DNA of 64,000 nt from Podospora anserina (Eukaryota): assembly GCA_017654855.1 (NCBI GenBank), contig CM030336.1, positions 1,736,001 to 1,800,000 on the forward strand, read 5' to 3'. Positions 48,754 to 59,806 of the stretch are shown here, in pieces (positions within the stretch are counted from its first letter, which is position 1; each line of letters starts with the position of its first letter). Both the position numbers and the translations under genes were made by a program. Below the pieces are notes generated by a model. It worked only from the letters and a program-made list of their open reading frames with translations. It did no database searches and was not told the DNA's origin.

Positions 48754-50740
48754 ATTGGGGTCGAAGTCGACAATAATCACTCCGTGGTGAAAGGAGGGGA
48801 GGGGCTCTTGGAGGTGGGCTGCCTGCTGGAGCTGGTCCTTATCAACCACGGCAGTGGTCAGTGGGATATCAGAGAGGTCATTCACGCCCGGCATCTCCAA
48901 TCCGGCTCACGGGGCCTGACAGCTCGGAGGAGTTGTCGTCCGGGCCGATAGTAACTGACGCATGCGGCATTGGTCAGGGTTCTCGTATTGGGTCAAATGT
49001 GGGATCCAGCAGAGCGGGCTGGATGTTGTGATGCTGCAGTAAACAAAACGACTAGTCGACGGTCTAAAGCCACCGGAATACGATGTTGCACGACATGGAG
49101 TAGCATGTTTGACGTGTAGGTAGATGGACTGATATTGACATTCTGGCACAGTGGTGATGACATTTGGCCATCTCTCTCTGCTGTCAATGGCCTCCCCCCC
49201 TGTGGTCGAGGTCTGTCTGGTTGATGTTGTGGAATGGGGTCGGGACCTTTTCCGGCTGTGGCAACTCCATGCAGTAGCAGCTGCAAACGTGGGCTTTTTT
49301 TCTCGCACCGTGCGCACAAATGTCTCAGAGGGGATGTTGACAGTCGTGCTGATGTCCTTGCACTGTCGGCTGCCCACGGCTCTCGTTGTGTCGCGACTGG
49401 CATTTGATCTTCCTATTCCTGTCAAAAATTCGGCAACGGCACGACCCATTCGGGATCAAAAGCTCAGGGGTGTATATTTGAGGACAAAGAACCGCCATTC
49501 TAGAGTTCAACAGCTTTCTTTGTTTCCTATCTGTTTCAATTTCTGGTTTCGCAACATTTTGCTTGGTATCAGCACATATCGGGAGCTCATCGCTGCGGAC
49601 AGCGCTGGGCAGACCATCGTCCGACGGCATTCTCCGCATCCTTAATACAGGGGTCTCGGAATCATTGACGGTTCCCTTTGGGGCTTGGTAGTGAGTAGCC
49701 ACCTCGGCTGAACGGCACATCACCCCCACAATGTTTACTTGGGCAAGTAAACAACGAAGCCCCTTTTGCCATCAAAGGGCAACCATCAACACTGGACCTG
49801 CCCGCACCTGGTGGCTCACCATATAATCAGCTTACCTGAGTGCACCTCGATACATGACGATCGTGGCGCCATTTACATCCCCGGTGGCTTTCCTCCTCAC
49901 CTCAACATTCCGTCCGAATATGTCCGCCTGCACGAGACAACCCAATTCTACACAAATCAGCCGCGAGATACACTCCCGAGTTCTGGAACTACATCTGCAG
50001 CACGCTTACACTAACAAATCACATATACCCTATGCAAGGGTCCCTTTTCCCCTCGGGTAATAACCCCGTGATTACCACTCTACAATATCTCCCCCCCTCA
50101 AAAGCCCTTGCTGCCCCAACATCCCGGGAACTGTCCCACCCTCCCCCTCGCCAAGAGCAATAACCGCCGCCTAATCTATTTGCCCTCCCAAGTACCTACT
50201 ACGACTCCAACTTTTAAACCAACAAAAATGAAACCACGGTCGGTGGAAACATAACAGGCAGGTAACTCCGCTGCCGCCTTGTGAGGGGAATAATAAACGA
50301 ACCTGCACTTTACCCAAAGGCCAAATAATGCACCCGGGTTACTTTCCAACAGATGTAAGGTTGCACAAGTTGGGGCAACTGACGATCTCGGCCCCTCAGT
50401 ATCCGGGATTATGTCTTTTGAATAGCCAACCAAACAAGCATCCATGGTCCATACACACAGCGATATCACTTCGCCCGCGCATAGGTATTGCCGGTCGGTG
50501 CAAGCTGCGGTTGGTGACATACTACCGGCACCAAAAACACGTGTGAAGAAGAAAAAGAACCCGAGCCGAAGGGACGGCTTCGCTTGGAGAGTCCGAGGTG
50601 GTGTACAGCAGCTCGATCGATCCAACGGCACGCAGGCCATGAGATGACGGGACACGAGCTCAAAAAGCTCGAGTGGCCCGGCCTGTAGTTCACGATCCTC
50701 GCTGTCCAAGGGTCTCGAGACAAGTCCATCATCACTCACA

Positions 50741-52615
50741 ATGCGTTACCGTTTGTTATCCGCCTTGATCATCTCGGCAGTCGCCGTGATAGAGGCTGCC
50801 CCGGCCACCGCTACCGCCGAATATGACTACATCGTCGTCGGGAGCGGTCCCGGCGGTGGTCCCCTCGCCGCCGATCTCGCCCGGGCCGGGTACTCCACAC
50901 TGTTGATCGAAGCCGGCGGTGACGAGGGCGACAACCCGACCTACGCCGAGATCGCCTGGTTCAACGAGGCGGCCAACGACGAAGCCACCCGTTGGGATTT
51001 CTGGGTCAAGCACTACGACGATCCCGAGGAAGACCGCAAGTTCAAGCACACCACCTGGGACACGGGCGACGGCACCTTTTACGTCGGCCTCGACCCCCCA
51101 GAGGGAGCCAAGTACCTCGGCATCCAATACCCACGCGCTGCTGTTTTGGGTGGTTGCGCCATGCACAACGCTGCCGTCTGCACCCTCCCGGCAGACGACG
51201 ACTGGAACATCATCGTTAACAAGACCGGCGACGCCAGCTGGTCGGCGAGCAACATGCGCAAGTACCTCAAAAAGATCGAGCGCAACCAGTACCTCCCCCC
51301 CGGAGACCCCAACAGAGGATACGACGGCTGGCTCGCGACCTCGGTTGGCCCAACAGACTGGGCGCGCAACAGCTCCAACCCCGCGACCACCATCCTCAAG
51401 AAACTCGCCGCCCTCACCGGCCAAGACGAAACCCGCGCTGCTGACCTCCTGGGAACCGACATCCTGACCGAGATCCCCAACCTCGACGAGACCTCCTCCC
51501 TCTACAACCTCGCCCAACACGCCGACAGCACCGGCAAGCGCAACTCCCCCAACAACTACGTCCGCGCCACCCTCGCCGACCCAGCCAAGTACCCCCTGAC
51601 TCTCAAACTCCACACCCTCGTCACCCGCGTCCTCTTCGACGAATCCACCGTCGGCGTCTCGGGCGTCACCCCCCGTGCCATCGGCGTCGAAATAATGCAG
51701 GGCCAATCCCTCTACAAAGCAGACCCCAAACACAACGGCCAAACCGCCCCCAAATCCCAAATCCTCGCCGCCCGCGAGGTCATCATCTCCGGCGGCGCCT
51801 TCAACTCCCCCCAGCTCCTCAAACTCTCCGGCATCGGCCCCAGAGACGAGCTCGCCAAGTTCAACATCCCCCTCGTCAAGCACCTGCCCGGAGTGGGCGA
51901 AAACCTAGGCGACAACTACGAGGGTTCCCTCCTAGCCATGGGGCAAACACCCGTCAATTCAGGCCTCATCACGGCCGTTTTCCGGACCCCCAACGCGCCC
52001 GACGCGAGACGCAACATCTTCACCTGGTGCGGCGCCTTCTCCTTCGAGGGCTTCTGGCCCGGCTTCCCCACCTGGCACGGCGCCGAGCAGTACACCTGTG
52101 CCCTGGTCCACATGCAGCCCAAATCCCAAGCCGGATCCGTCACTCTCCGGTCTGCCGACCCGCAGGACGTGCCCGAGATCAACTTCCGGTTTTTCAAGAA
52201 TCAGGGTGATCAAGACCTGGAGGAGCTGGTTGCGGGGGCGAATATCCTGCGGGAGGCGATCAACTCCGTGCCGGAGCCGGTCGCGCCGTTTGTGGAGAGG
52301 CATCCTTGTGAGGGGGACAGGCGGGAGTCGGGGGATTGTGGGGAGGAGGTTCAAAAGGAGTACTTCAAGAGCCAGGCGTACAGCCATCACGCCACGAGCA
52401 CGTGCGCGATTGGGGGGGAGGATGAGGAGATGGCTGTGTTAGATAGCAAGTTTAGGGTTCATGGGGTGAGGGGGCTGAGGGTGGTGGATGCGAGCGCTTT
52501 TCCTGTTGTTCCGGGGGCGTTTCCGAGTTGCCCGACTATGATGATTAGTGTCAAGGCGGCGGAGGATATTGTTGCGGAGAGGAAGGCGGAGGAAGCTGCG
52601 GCTGCGAGGATGTGA
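50741..52615 (+). CDS. Secreted GMC oxidoreductase (AA3)
   Basis: Signal peptide, YDYIVVGSGPGG FAD motif, LGGCAMHN, SPQLLKLSGIG, catalytic HH, and VHGVRGLRVVDASAFP. Confidence 0.94.
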   Translation: MRYRLLSALIISAVAVIEAAPATATAEYDYIVVGSGPGGGPLAADLARAGYSTLLIEAGGDEGDNPTYAEIAWFNEAANDEATRWDFWVKHYDDPEEDRKFKHTTWDTGDGTFYVGLDPPEGAKYLGIQYPRAAVLGGCAMHNAAVCTLPADDDWNIIVNKTGDASWSASNMRKYLKKIERNQYLPPGDPNRGYDGWLATSVGPTDWARNSSNPATTILKKLAALTGQDETRAADLLGTDILTEIPNLDETSSLYNLAQHADSTGKRNSPNNYVRATLADPAKYPLTLKLHTLVTRVLFDESTVGVSGVTPRAIGVEIMQGQSLYKADPKHNGQTAPKSQILAAREVIISGGAFNSPQLLKLSGIGPRDELAKFNIPLVKHLPGVGENLGDNYEGSLLAMGQTPVNSGLITAVFRTPNAPDARRNIFTWCGAFSFEGFWPGFPTWHGAEQYTCALVHMQPKSQAGSVTLRSADPQDVPEINFRFFKNQGDQDLEELVAGANILREAINSVPEPVAPFVERHPCEGDRRESGDCGEEVQKEYFKSQAYSHHATSTCAIGGEDEEMAVLDSKFRVHGVRGLRVVDASAFPVVPGAFPSCPTMMISVKAAEDIVAERKAEEAAAARM

Positions 52616-54000
52616 GGAGGGCCAAGAATGACGGGTGGAACGAGAAATGGAATATGATTATGATGTTGTAGCGGTTAGGTATATACAAAGAAATCCGGTA
52701 AAGTGCGTGTTTTGTTACATGGAAGAAATGGATCATTGCTCGTTCTTGATGGTTGTGATTGCCTCCTCGGCACTGTCTGTGCCCTTTTGTCGTTGCTCGC
52801 GCTTGATCCTTGCTACTCTTTCTTGGTGGTTCTTCCGCATGTCTTCCATGTTGGCGATTCTCTCGCCGTACGATCTTGGTGGTGTGGTGGACAGGCATGA
52901 TGGCATGTCGTCGATGGATTGGCTTGGACCTGCTGGGATGCCCCCGAGTCAGCTTCATCACTTGGTGAAAAGAAACCACGTTAGCGCCATCATGGTACCT
53001 TCAAGTTCAAGTGCGATAGAGGCCATGGTTGCGGTCGTGGTAAGTGGTGGTTGACGGTTTGGTTGAGATGGTTCAAGGTTGCGGTTGTTGCTGTTGCTGC
53101 GGCTGTTGCGGTGATGTTGATTTGAGAAGTTGATGACGTAGCGAGAGATGCGGTGAGCTGTCCTGAAGAACCGGAGCCAAGCGCTTTTTGACCCATCCAA
53201 CCCCGTCGGTGTTTGCATGGCCCCCTAATTTAGCTAAACACTTGCGCTAACAACATGGGCTCACATGACCCTCGCCTCACGGAAATGAGTGGAGAGCGCA
53301 AGATGTTGTTATCTGCCCCTGATCTGGGGTCTTGGAGCCACGAATGCCAAGATCTAGGGATATCCATTTTGTGGCTAGAGCACCAGGGGGTGGCTGAGGC
53401 GAGCTATAGATTTATGTTTATCTTGCTCTAACTCCGTGTCTAAACCACCGATCACGGTTTCCTATATGCTGGATCTGCCAGTCTTCTTGATGGTTAGAGT
53501 CTATTGAGAGGGGTCTCTCCTCGAGAAAACCATAAAGCCATAGGAAACTGTGGCTTGGTGAAACGTTCATTGTCAGAGCTAAGAGACGGCTGACATTTTT
53601 TGGTCACATAAACCGAGAACAGCACTTGAAGTTGGCACTGCCTACAGGAAACTAGTCACAATGGAACCATGGTACAGGAACCACCGACCTTGTCGTCTAT
53701 GCCCAAGTTATGCAGTTGGACGCGTTGTGTCTTGTACTAATGTGCGCCAAGCTTCCACAGTGTTGTTGTTGGTGCCATCAGGAGGGGATATGTTACACAA
53801 ACTATGCATATATTGCAGTGCCTTGCAGTGCCGAAGAGCATATTATTCGCTGCGCCGCTCAATACACGCCAGAGAGGCGCCTGGTTCGGCCGAGGGCTGA
53901 GAGGCTTGAACAGCTCCTCGACATCTCACACAACCTGCAAGTCAAATATGAGGGCAACTCTTGGGCTGGTGATGACATTCTTCTCTCCCTATCGACAACG

Positions 54001-55637
54001 ATGAAGCCCATCAACGAATTAACCATCTTGTCCCTGTTCCTCACTGCGGCGAGCGCAGCATCGATACTCTTCAAAGGTGGAACCGTCATTGCCTTCAACA
54101 AACAAACTCAAGGTCTACGCGTTCTCCGGGAAGGCTCAGTTCTCGTCGAGAATGACCGCATCGCTGGCGTATATGATTCAACACCAATCCGCATCCCTCC
54201 CCGGACCGAGATCGTCGACATCGCCGGCAAGATCATCACTCCAGGGTTCATCGACACCCACCGCCATGGATGGCAGACAGTCTTCAAGACCATGGCCTCC
54301 AACACCAGCCTCCTTGAGTTCTTTGGCCGGTACAGCTCGTTTGTAGCCCCCTTTTTCTGGAATGCCACAGACATTTATGACAGCCAGCTTGCCGGTCTGT
54401 ACGAGGCACTGAACGCGGGCGTCACGACTTCGCTTGACCATGCCACTCACACCTGGTCCAAAGACGCTGCTGAGGCGGGTCTCCAGGCCTGTATCGACAG
54501 TGGGGCGAGAGTGTTCTGGGGATTCACCTTTGCCAATATTACTGGATTAATCACAGTTGCAGAGCTGTATCCAGTATTCCGGAACATGGCTGCCAAACCA
54601 GGACTGAGAAGCTCCCCTACTACTCTGGGCATTGCCTACGACGGCTGGGGCCCGAACCCGAATGTTGGGGAAATCAACAAAATCATGGCGCTTGCGAGGT
54701 AGGAGACAGCCTGGAGGGTCTTTCAGTTTGGTTCGAGACAGCTAATGCATTTGGCAGGGAGCTCAACGTATCAGTCATCACAACCCACTCCCTCCAAGGA
54801 CCCTGGGGCTGTATGTGTTCCCCTTTCCACACCCCCCCCCTTATTCCAACCTCACTAACCCCCCCCTGCCATGGAACCTCAGTCAGCAACTCCCCCGAAG
54901 ACATCCACGCCCTAAACTACCTCAACATCTCCACCCCCATCGTCTTCTCACACGCCTCCTTCCTCACCCCCACCGGCGCCGACCTGCTACGGTCCACCAA
55001 CCAGTACGTCTCCATCACCCCCGAGTCAGAGATGCACTACGGCCAAACCCACCCAGTTGCCTACTCCATCCAGGACCAAGCCTCTCTCGGCATCGACACT
55101 CACATCACATTCAGCACCGACATCCTCACCCAAGCCCGCATCTGGCTTCAACAGGCGCGGTACGAGCGTTATCTTAACGTGCTCGAGCAGGGAAAGCTAC
55201 CAGCTAGCAATCCCATGTCGGTCGAGCAGGCATTCCTGCTCGCTACTAGGAACGGGGCCCTGGCGCTGAGACGTGATGATTTGGGTGGGATTTTTGTGGG
55301 TGGGAAGGCTGACTTGGTGGTGTGGGATGGGGATTCGCCGGGGATGCTGGGGTGGGTTGATCCTGTTGCTGCTGTGATTCTTCATGCGAGTGTGGGTGAT
55401 ATTGAGGCTGTGTTGGTGGATGGGAAGTGGATTAAGCGGGGGGGTGAGCTCGTCGCGCGGGGCTGGCCCGAGGCGAGGGCGAGGTTCTTAAGGACGGCGA
55501 AGAGGCTTCAGGGGGTGTGGAGGGATATGCCGTTGCCGGAGGCGCCGGCGGAGTTCAATGGGAGCCCGGTTGTGCACCCGGAGAGGGTGGATGTGGTTAG
55601 GGGGCCGGGGGATGGGTATGGGAATGTTTACATTTGA
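54001..55637 (+). CDS. Metal-dependent amidohydrolase (MTA/SAH-deaminase-like) with signal-peptide-like N-terminus, 3 exons
   Basis: PGFIDTHRH, GVTT, SH, PESE, LGID and GGKADLVV motifs. Introns 54699..54757 and 54811..54882. Confidence 0.9.
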
Positions 55638-55969
55638 GTCATTACACTGAGTGGATGTACAGGTAGCCCTCAGACCCAATCAACGGCAATAAAACACGAC
55701 GTGGGGTACAAGATGTGGGCTCGACGCCAATCCCAAATGCATCAGTGGAAGTGTCAAAGGCGGGTCTGAGTTGGGGAACTAAACTCGACGAAAGGAACAA
55801 AGACTGGTGTGAATGTGTGGGCAAGCAGACAATGCTTTCATTCCTGTGTAGGTAGCCACAGCTAAGGCAACTCTTCTTCTTCTTTAAAACTTTACTTCAT
55901 CTGCCAGGAAAACATGAACTCATCCCTAAAGTAACTGGCTCACTACCTACCTTGGTATCCGTCGTTGCC

Positions 55970-58903
55970 ATGATGTCCGAATTGGCCAAAAGGCTGGCGC
56001 ATGAGAAACTAGAAAAGCGCGGCACCCCAGGTCTCGGTACAATTCCCGATTCACCTCCCGGACCAACTCGAGCACACAACGTGGAGATGCCTGAGTCGAC
56101 CAACACTGTCCAAGATGGCATGGTAGATATCCAGACTCGCATGGCTATTCTGAGTGATCAGATCGAGAGCCTTCACAGCGACTTCGTCACGAGAACCATT
56201 CCACGGGCTAAAGGGGCCAATACGGTCAGTGGAATAGCTCGACAGATGAACATAAACAATGTCTAACAGAGGGCCTACCAGGTTCCGCCGAAAGCTACGT
56301 CCCCTCCGCCCCCTCCACCCCCGGCATTGACTCCCTCCCCACCCCTTGGCGAAGAACTCGGAAAAGAATTAGTCGCCGACAGTTAAGCATTTGCGAACAG
56401 AAATAGCCCAACTGCAATTGCAACAAGCTCATAATAAACGGTACAAGGCAACTTCGGCCGCTGAGATCGCCGGGCTAAACGATGAGATCTACCGTTTACA
56501 GAAGGAATTGATCACCCTGCGATTTCAAAAAGCCGCGAGCGATCGCCAAATATCAGTCTTTTCAATTCAAACCAGCAAAATAAGCGAGGAGAACGAACGT
56601 CTACAGCAGGAGTTGATCAAGCTAGAATTCAATATACAAGAGAGCGGTCGTCAAGCAACAATCTGTCGGTCCCAAAACAAAGAGCTGCGTAAGGAGAATG
56701 AGCGTATCAACAAGGATTCAGACAACCTACGATTGGATAGAGATGAGGGTCATCGACAACTAGTGTCTGAAAGAGACAGGCTGCGTGATGACATGGAGCG
56801 TTTGCAGAACGAATTGAATGCCGGGGAGCGCGGGGAGATGAGGTGAGACGGTTGAAGGATGAAATAAGAAAGATTCAAGCCGACAAGGAGGAGTTGGAGC
56901 GCAACACGAACGCCATGCGTTCACAGCAAGTTGGGAGTGGAACACAAGGAACGTCCCTTGGACCACAAACGCCCCATCGACCAACCTATGGAACACAGGG
57001 AACACACCAAGAAACGGCCTCCTATGGAACAAACTATGGAACAAACTATGGAACAAACTATGGAACAAACTATGGAACAAACTATGGAACGAAGCAAGGA
57101 ACGAATCAAGGAACAGGCCAAGGACAATCCTACACAACGCAGCAAAGAGCGCCTTATGGACCATTCTATACAACGCAGCAAGGAACAACCGAAGACAATC
57201 CTATACAGCGCAGCAAGGGAGTTCCTATGGACTAACCCAAGGAACGCCGTAACCAGCACCTCAACAACCACCGCCACCTCAACAACCACCGCCGCCGCCG
57301 CCTAAAGAACCACCGCCACCACTGCCCCAAGAAACACCTCAGGCAGCGAACCAAGGAGTGTCCCAGGGAGAGAACAAAGGACCACCTCAGGGAGCGTTCC
57401 AAGGAAGATCTCAGGCAACGATCCAAGAAAGCCCCGAGGGAGCGATCCCAGGAACACCTCAAGGGCAATCCATGAGATATCTCAGGGAGCGATCCAAGAA
57501 ACACCTCAGGGAGCAATTCAAAGAACCCCCCAAGTACCGCCGGCAGTTGAAGACAATAGAAGTCCTGCCGAGACACAAGACTTGCTGCGCAAAATCGAAA
57601 GACTGCATACCCAGAGGGACAACGCAGAGCACGAAGTAGCTCGCCTACAGTCACAACATCAAGCTGTTGAATTTTTTAATCAAGAGTTATAGGCCCAATT
57701 CGAACGTTTAGAACAAGAACTAGCGGCCGAACGATCAAGGCCGCCTGCCGGAGTCGAGGGAGGTTCCCAAATGACACCCGACGTTGACAAACCAAACCGC
57801 ACAATCCCCAATCTACAAAAGCAATTATCCGTCGAGCGAGAGGAGAAGGAGCTGAAGGAAGCTCAATACCAGTTCAGAATTCAGGAACTGCAGGATGAAA
57901 TCAACAGTCTTCGGGACAACGAGCACGAAAGCATCAGCACCGGCTGTCCTCAACCTGAACCTGGCACGACAAGTGTCAACCGGGTCACTGACCAAGAGCT
58001 TATTAGCCGTTTCGTAAACCTGCGGGAGGATATCGACAAAGTGATCTGAAACAGGGCTTGGTACGACCTCGAGTCGCCGGCGGTTCTCAACGACCAAGAA
58101 CAGCAGGATGAATACATGCCAACTCTCTACAGCCACGAAGGCTGGGGCTCACAGCCAGTCTTGGATCGAACCAACACGTAACGTTCGACGTGGTATGAGA
58201 AGCTGTTGGATACCATTTTCAGCAGAGAAACTTACGGGCTCGAGGGTATCACAATCGAGTCTGACTCTTCAAACCAGCCGCGTTATGTCGAGTCGGGCTT
58301 GGAGGCATTTGAACGTCTTGTCAGCTCGTATAATGGTATGCCTCTTTGTCCCTTGCATTCCATGTCCTTGAATCTAACAACGCTTTCTCTCTAGTTGACC
58401 CAGAAAAAGTCCAAGCCTGGCGTAGTGCCATCGTCGCCTGCGTGGGTCAATGTCAGGTGAAGCCAGCGACCCTTAACACAGCTCTCAATACACTCATGGC
58501 TGTTTCCAGGCCAGTTATCAGTTCTTCTTTGACCCAGGAGGCGGGGGGAGACTTGACACGGGCCGTCTGGACCCTTGCCGACGACGCCTTCAGGCTCAAG
58601 TTGAAGATGCGCATGTACATTCCAGAATGCCACATAAATGAATTTTATGAGGACGACGAGAAACCGCATATGGTTCGGGACCATGACTGGGTAAAACCAG
58701 TGGCTATCGTGGGTGCTGATGATGGGCGGCTGCCGACGGAGAGAGATGAGGAGATTTCATACATGATCTTTGGTGCCTTGACGAAGGGATGGGACGATGT
58801 GTTGGTGAAGGCACACGTTGCCGTTACTGGTGGAAACGTACAGGCGTCAGAGCCAGAGCCTGCTGCCCGTGATCTACGAGAAGACGACAATTATGACGAC
58901 TGA
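55970..58903 (+). pseudogene. Fragmented large coiled-coil protein gene with central repeats
   Basis: Successive coiled-coil ORFs in different frames. Introns at about 56225..56268 and 58337..58394. In-frame TAG at 57690. Frameshifts near 56380, 56843, 57530 and 58047. Confidence 0.65.
57022..57090 (+). repeat. 12-bp tandem repeat (CTATGGAACAAA), about 5.7 copies
   Basis: Perfect contiguous copies with no spacers. Confidence 0.95.
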
Positions 58904-59806
58904 AAACATATGCACGTAACGTAGTTGGCAGGAAGTTCTTGTTCCCAATAGATTTGGAGATGGCGCAACTTTTGTCTTTATTGCTGCTCGCCAACAGTTG
59001 TGCATTACATGCTCAGAACAGTGCTTTATCGTCCTGTTTGGCGAGAAGGGATGCCCTATTCCCATTCGTAAATACCTGAGTATTCCCTAAATTGCTGATG
59101 ACACACTCACACCACCCTTTCAAAAGGACCACCCATGGCCAATCTTATCAGCCAAGTCCGCCAAGTCTCAGGGCTGAACGCCAATCTCCTCACGGCTTGT
59201 CCCGCACTTTATGCTTGATGAACCTTATGCTGGGCCACTATCTGTCCGCGGAGGATACCGTCCAGTCCACCTAGGCACTTCCTCGTTCGGTGTTTGTATC
59301 TGATGCCTGTGCCGCCCGCCACTTCTCACTTGACAGGGTCGATCATCAGCCTTTACGGCATCAAACTCAGGACATGAGTAAGCACCCACTGCAGCATGCA
59401 TGTCAACACATCTCGGAGGGGTGGTTTCATTGGTCTGACAAAATCCCCGATGCTCACATTTTCTTGGGTGGCTTTATTCAAGTGCATCTGGATTGTCTAA
59501 ACCTGTCTTGGGGGTCGGAGGGATGGCGGTGGTTATTTTGGACGAAATATATTGGTCAGCTCGTAGAGCAGGCAGAAGGTTTCTTCAGCTGAGCAGGTAG
59601 TGGTGGTCTTGTCAGTGCTTACATAGCTACTTGAGCCTCCCACGATGTCAGTTTGAGGGGATTCAGTTCTTCTTTTGTTTCTTCTCAGTTTGATAATCTG
59701 CGAAGAGTGCCTGATCTGGCAACTCGCATGTTTCGGCACTTGCATCGAACCGACACACCTACCTACCCGACAGCTTGGGAAGGATTCTCAGATCCACCCG
59801 CCCGTT

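Noticed and set aside
52730-53060. Minus-strand coiled-coil-like frame (…IANMEDMRKNHQERVARIKREQ…)
   Set aside because: No convincing start or splice structure; the only candidate intron is about 38 nt. It may be a relic but cannot be supported.
53710-54000. 97-codon N-terminal extension of the amidohydrolase ORF
   Set aside because: The ATG at 54001 directly precedes a signal-like peptide and the family start; the extension is not protein-like.
40732-55637. Secondary-metabolite gene cluster (MFS, laccase, GMC, hydrolase)
   Set aside because: There is no PKS, NRPS, terpene or RiPP core gene in the window, and the enzymes look secreted.
57022-57090. CRISPR-like repeat array
   Set aside because: Contiguous 12-bp units with no spacers, a eukaryotic context and no cas genes.
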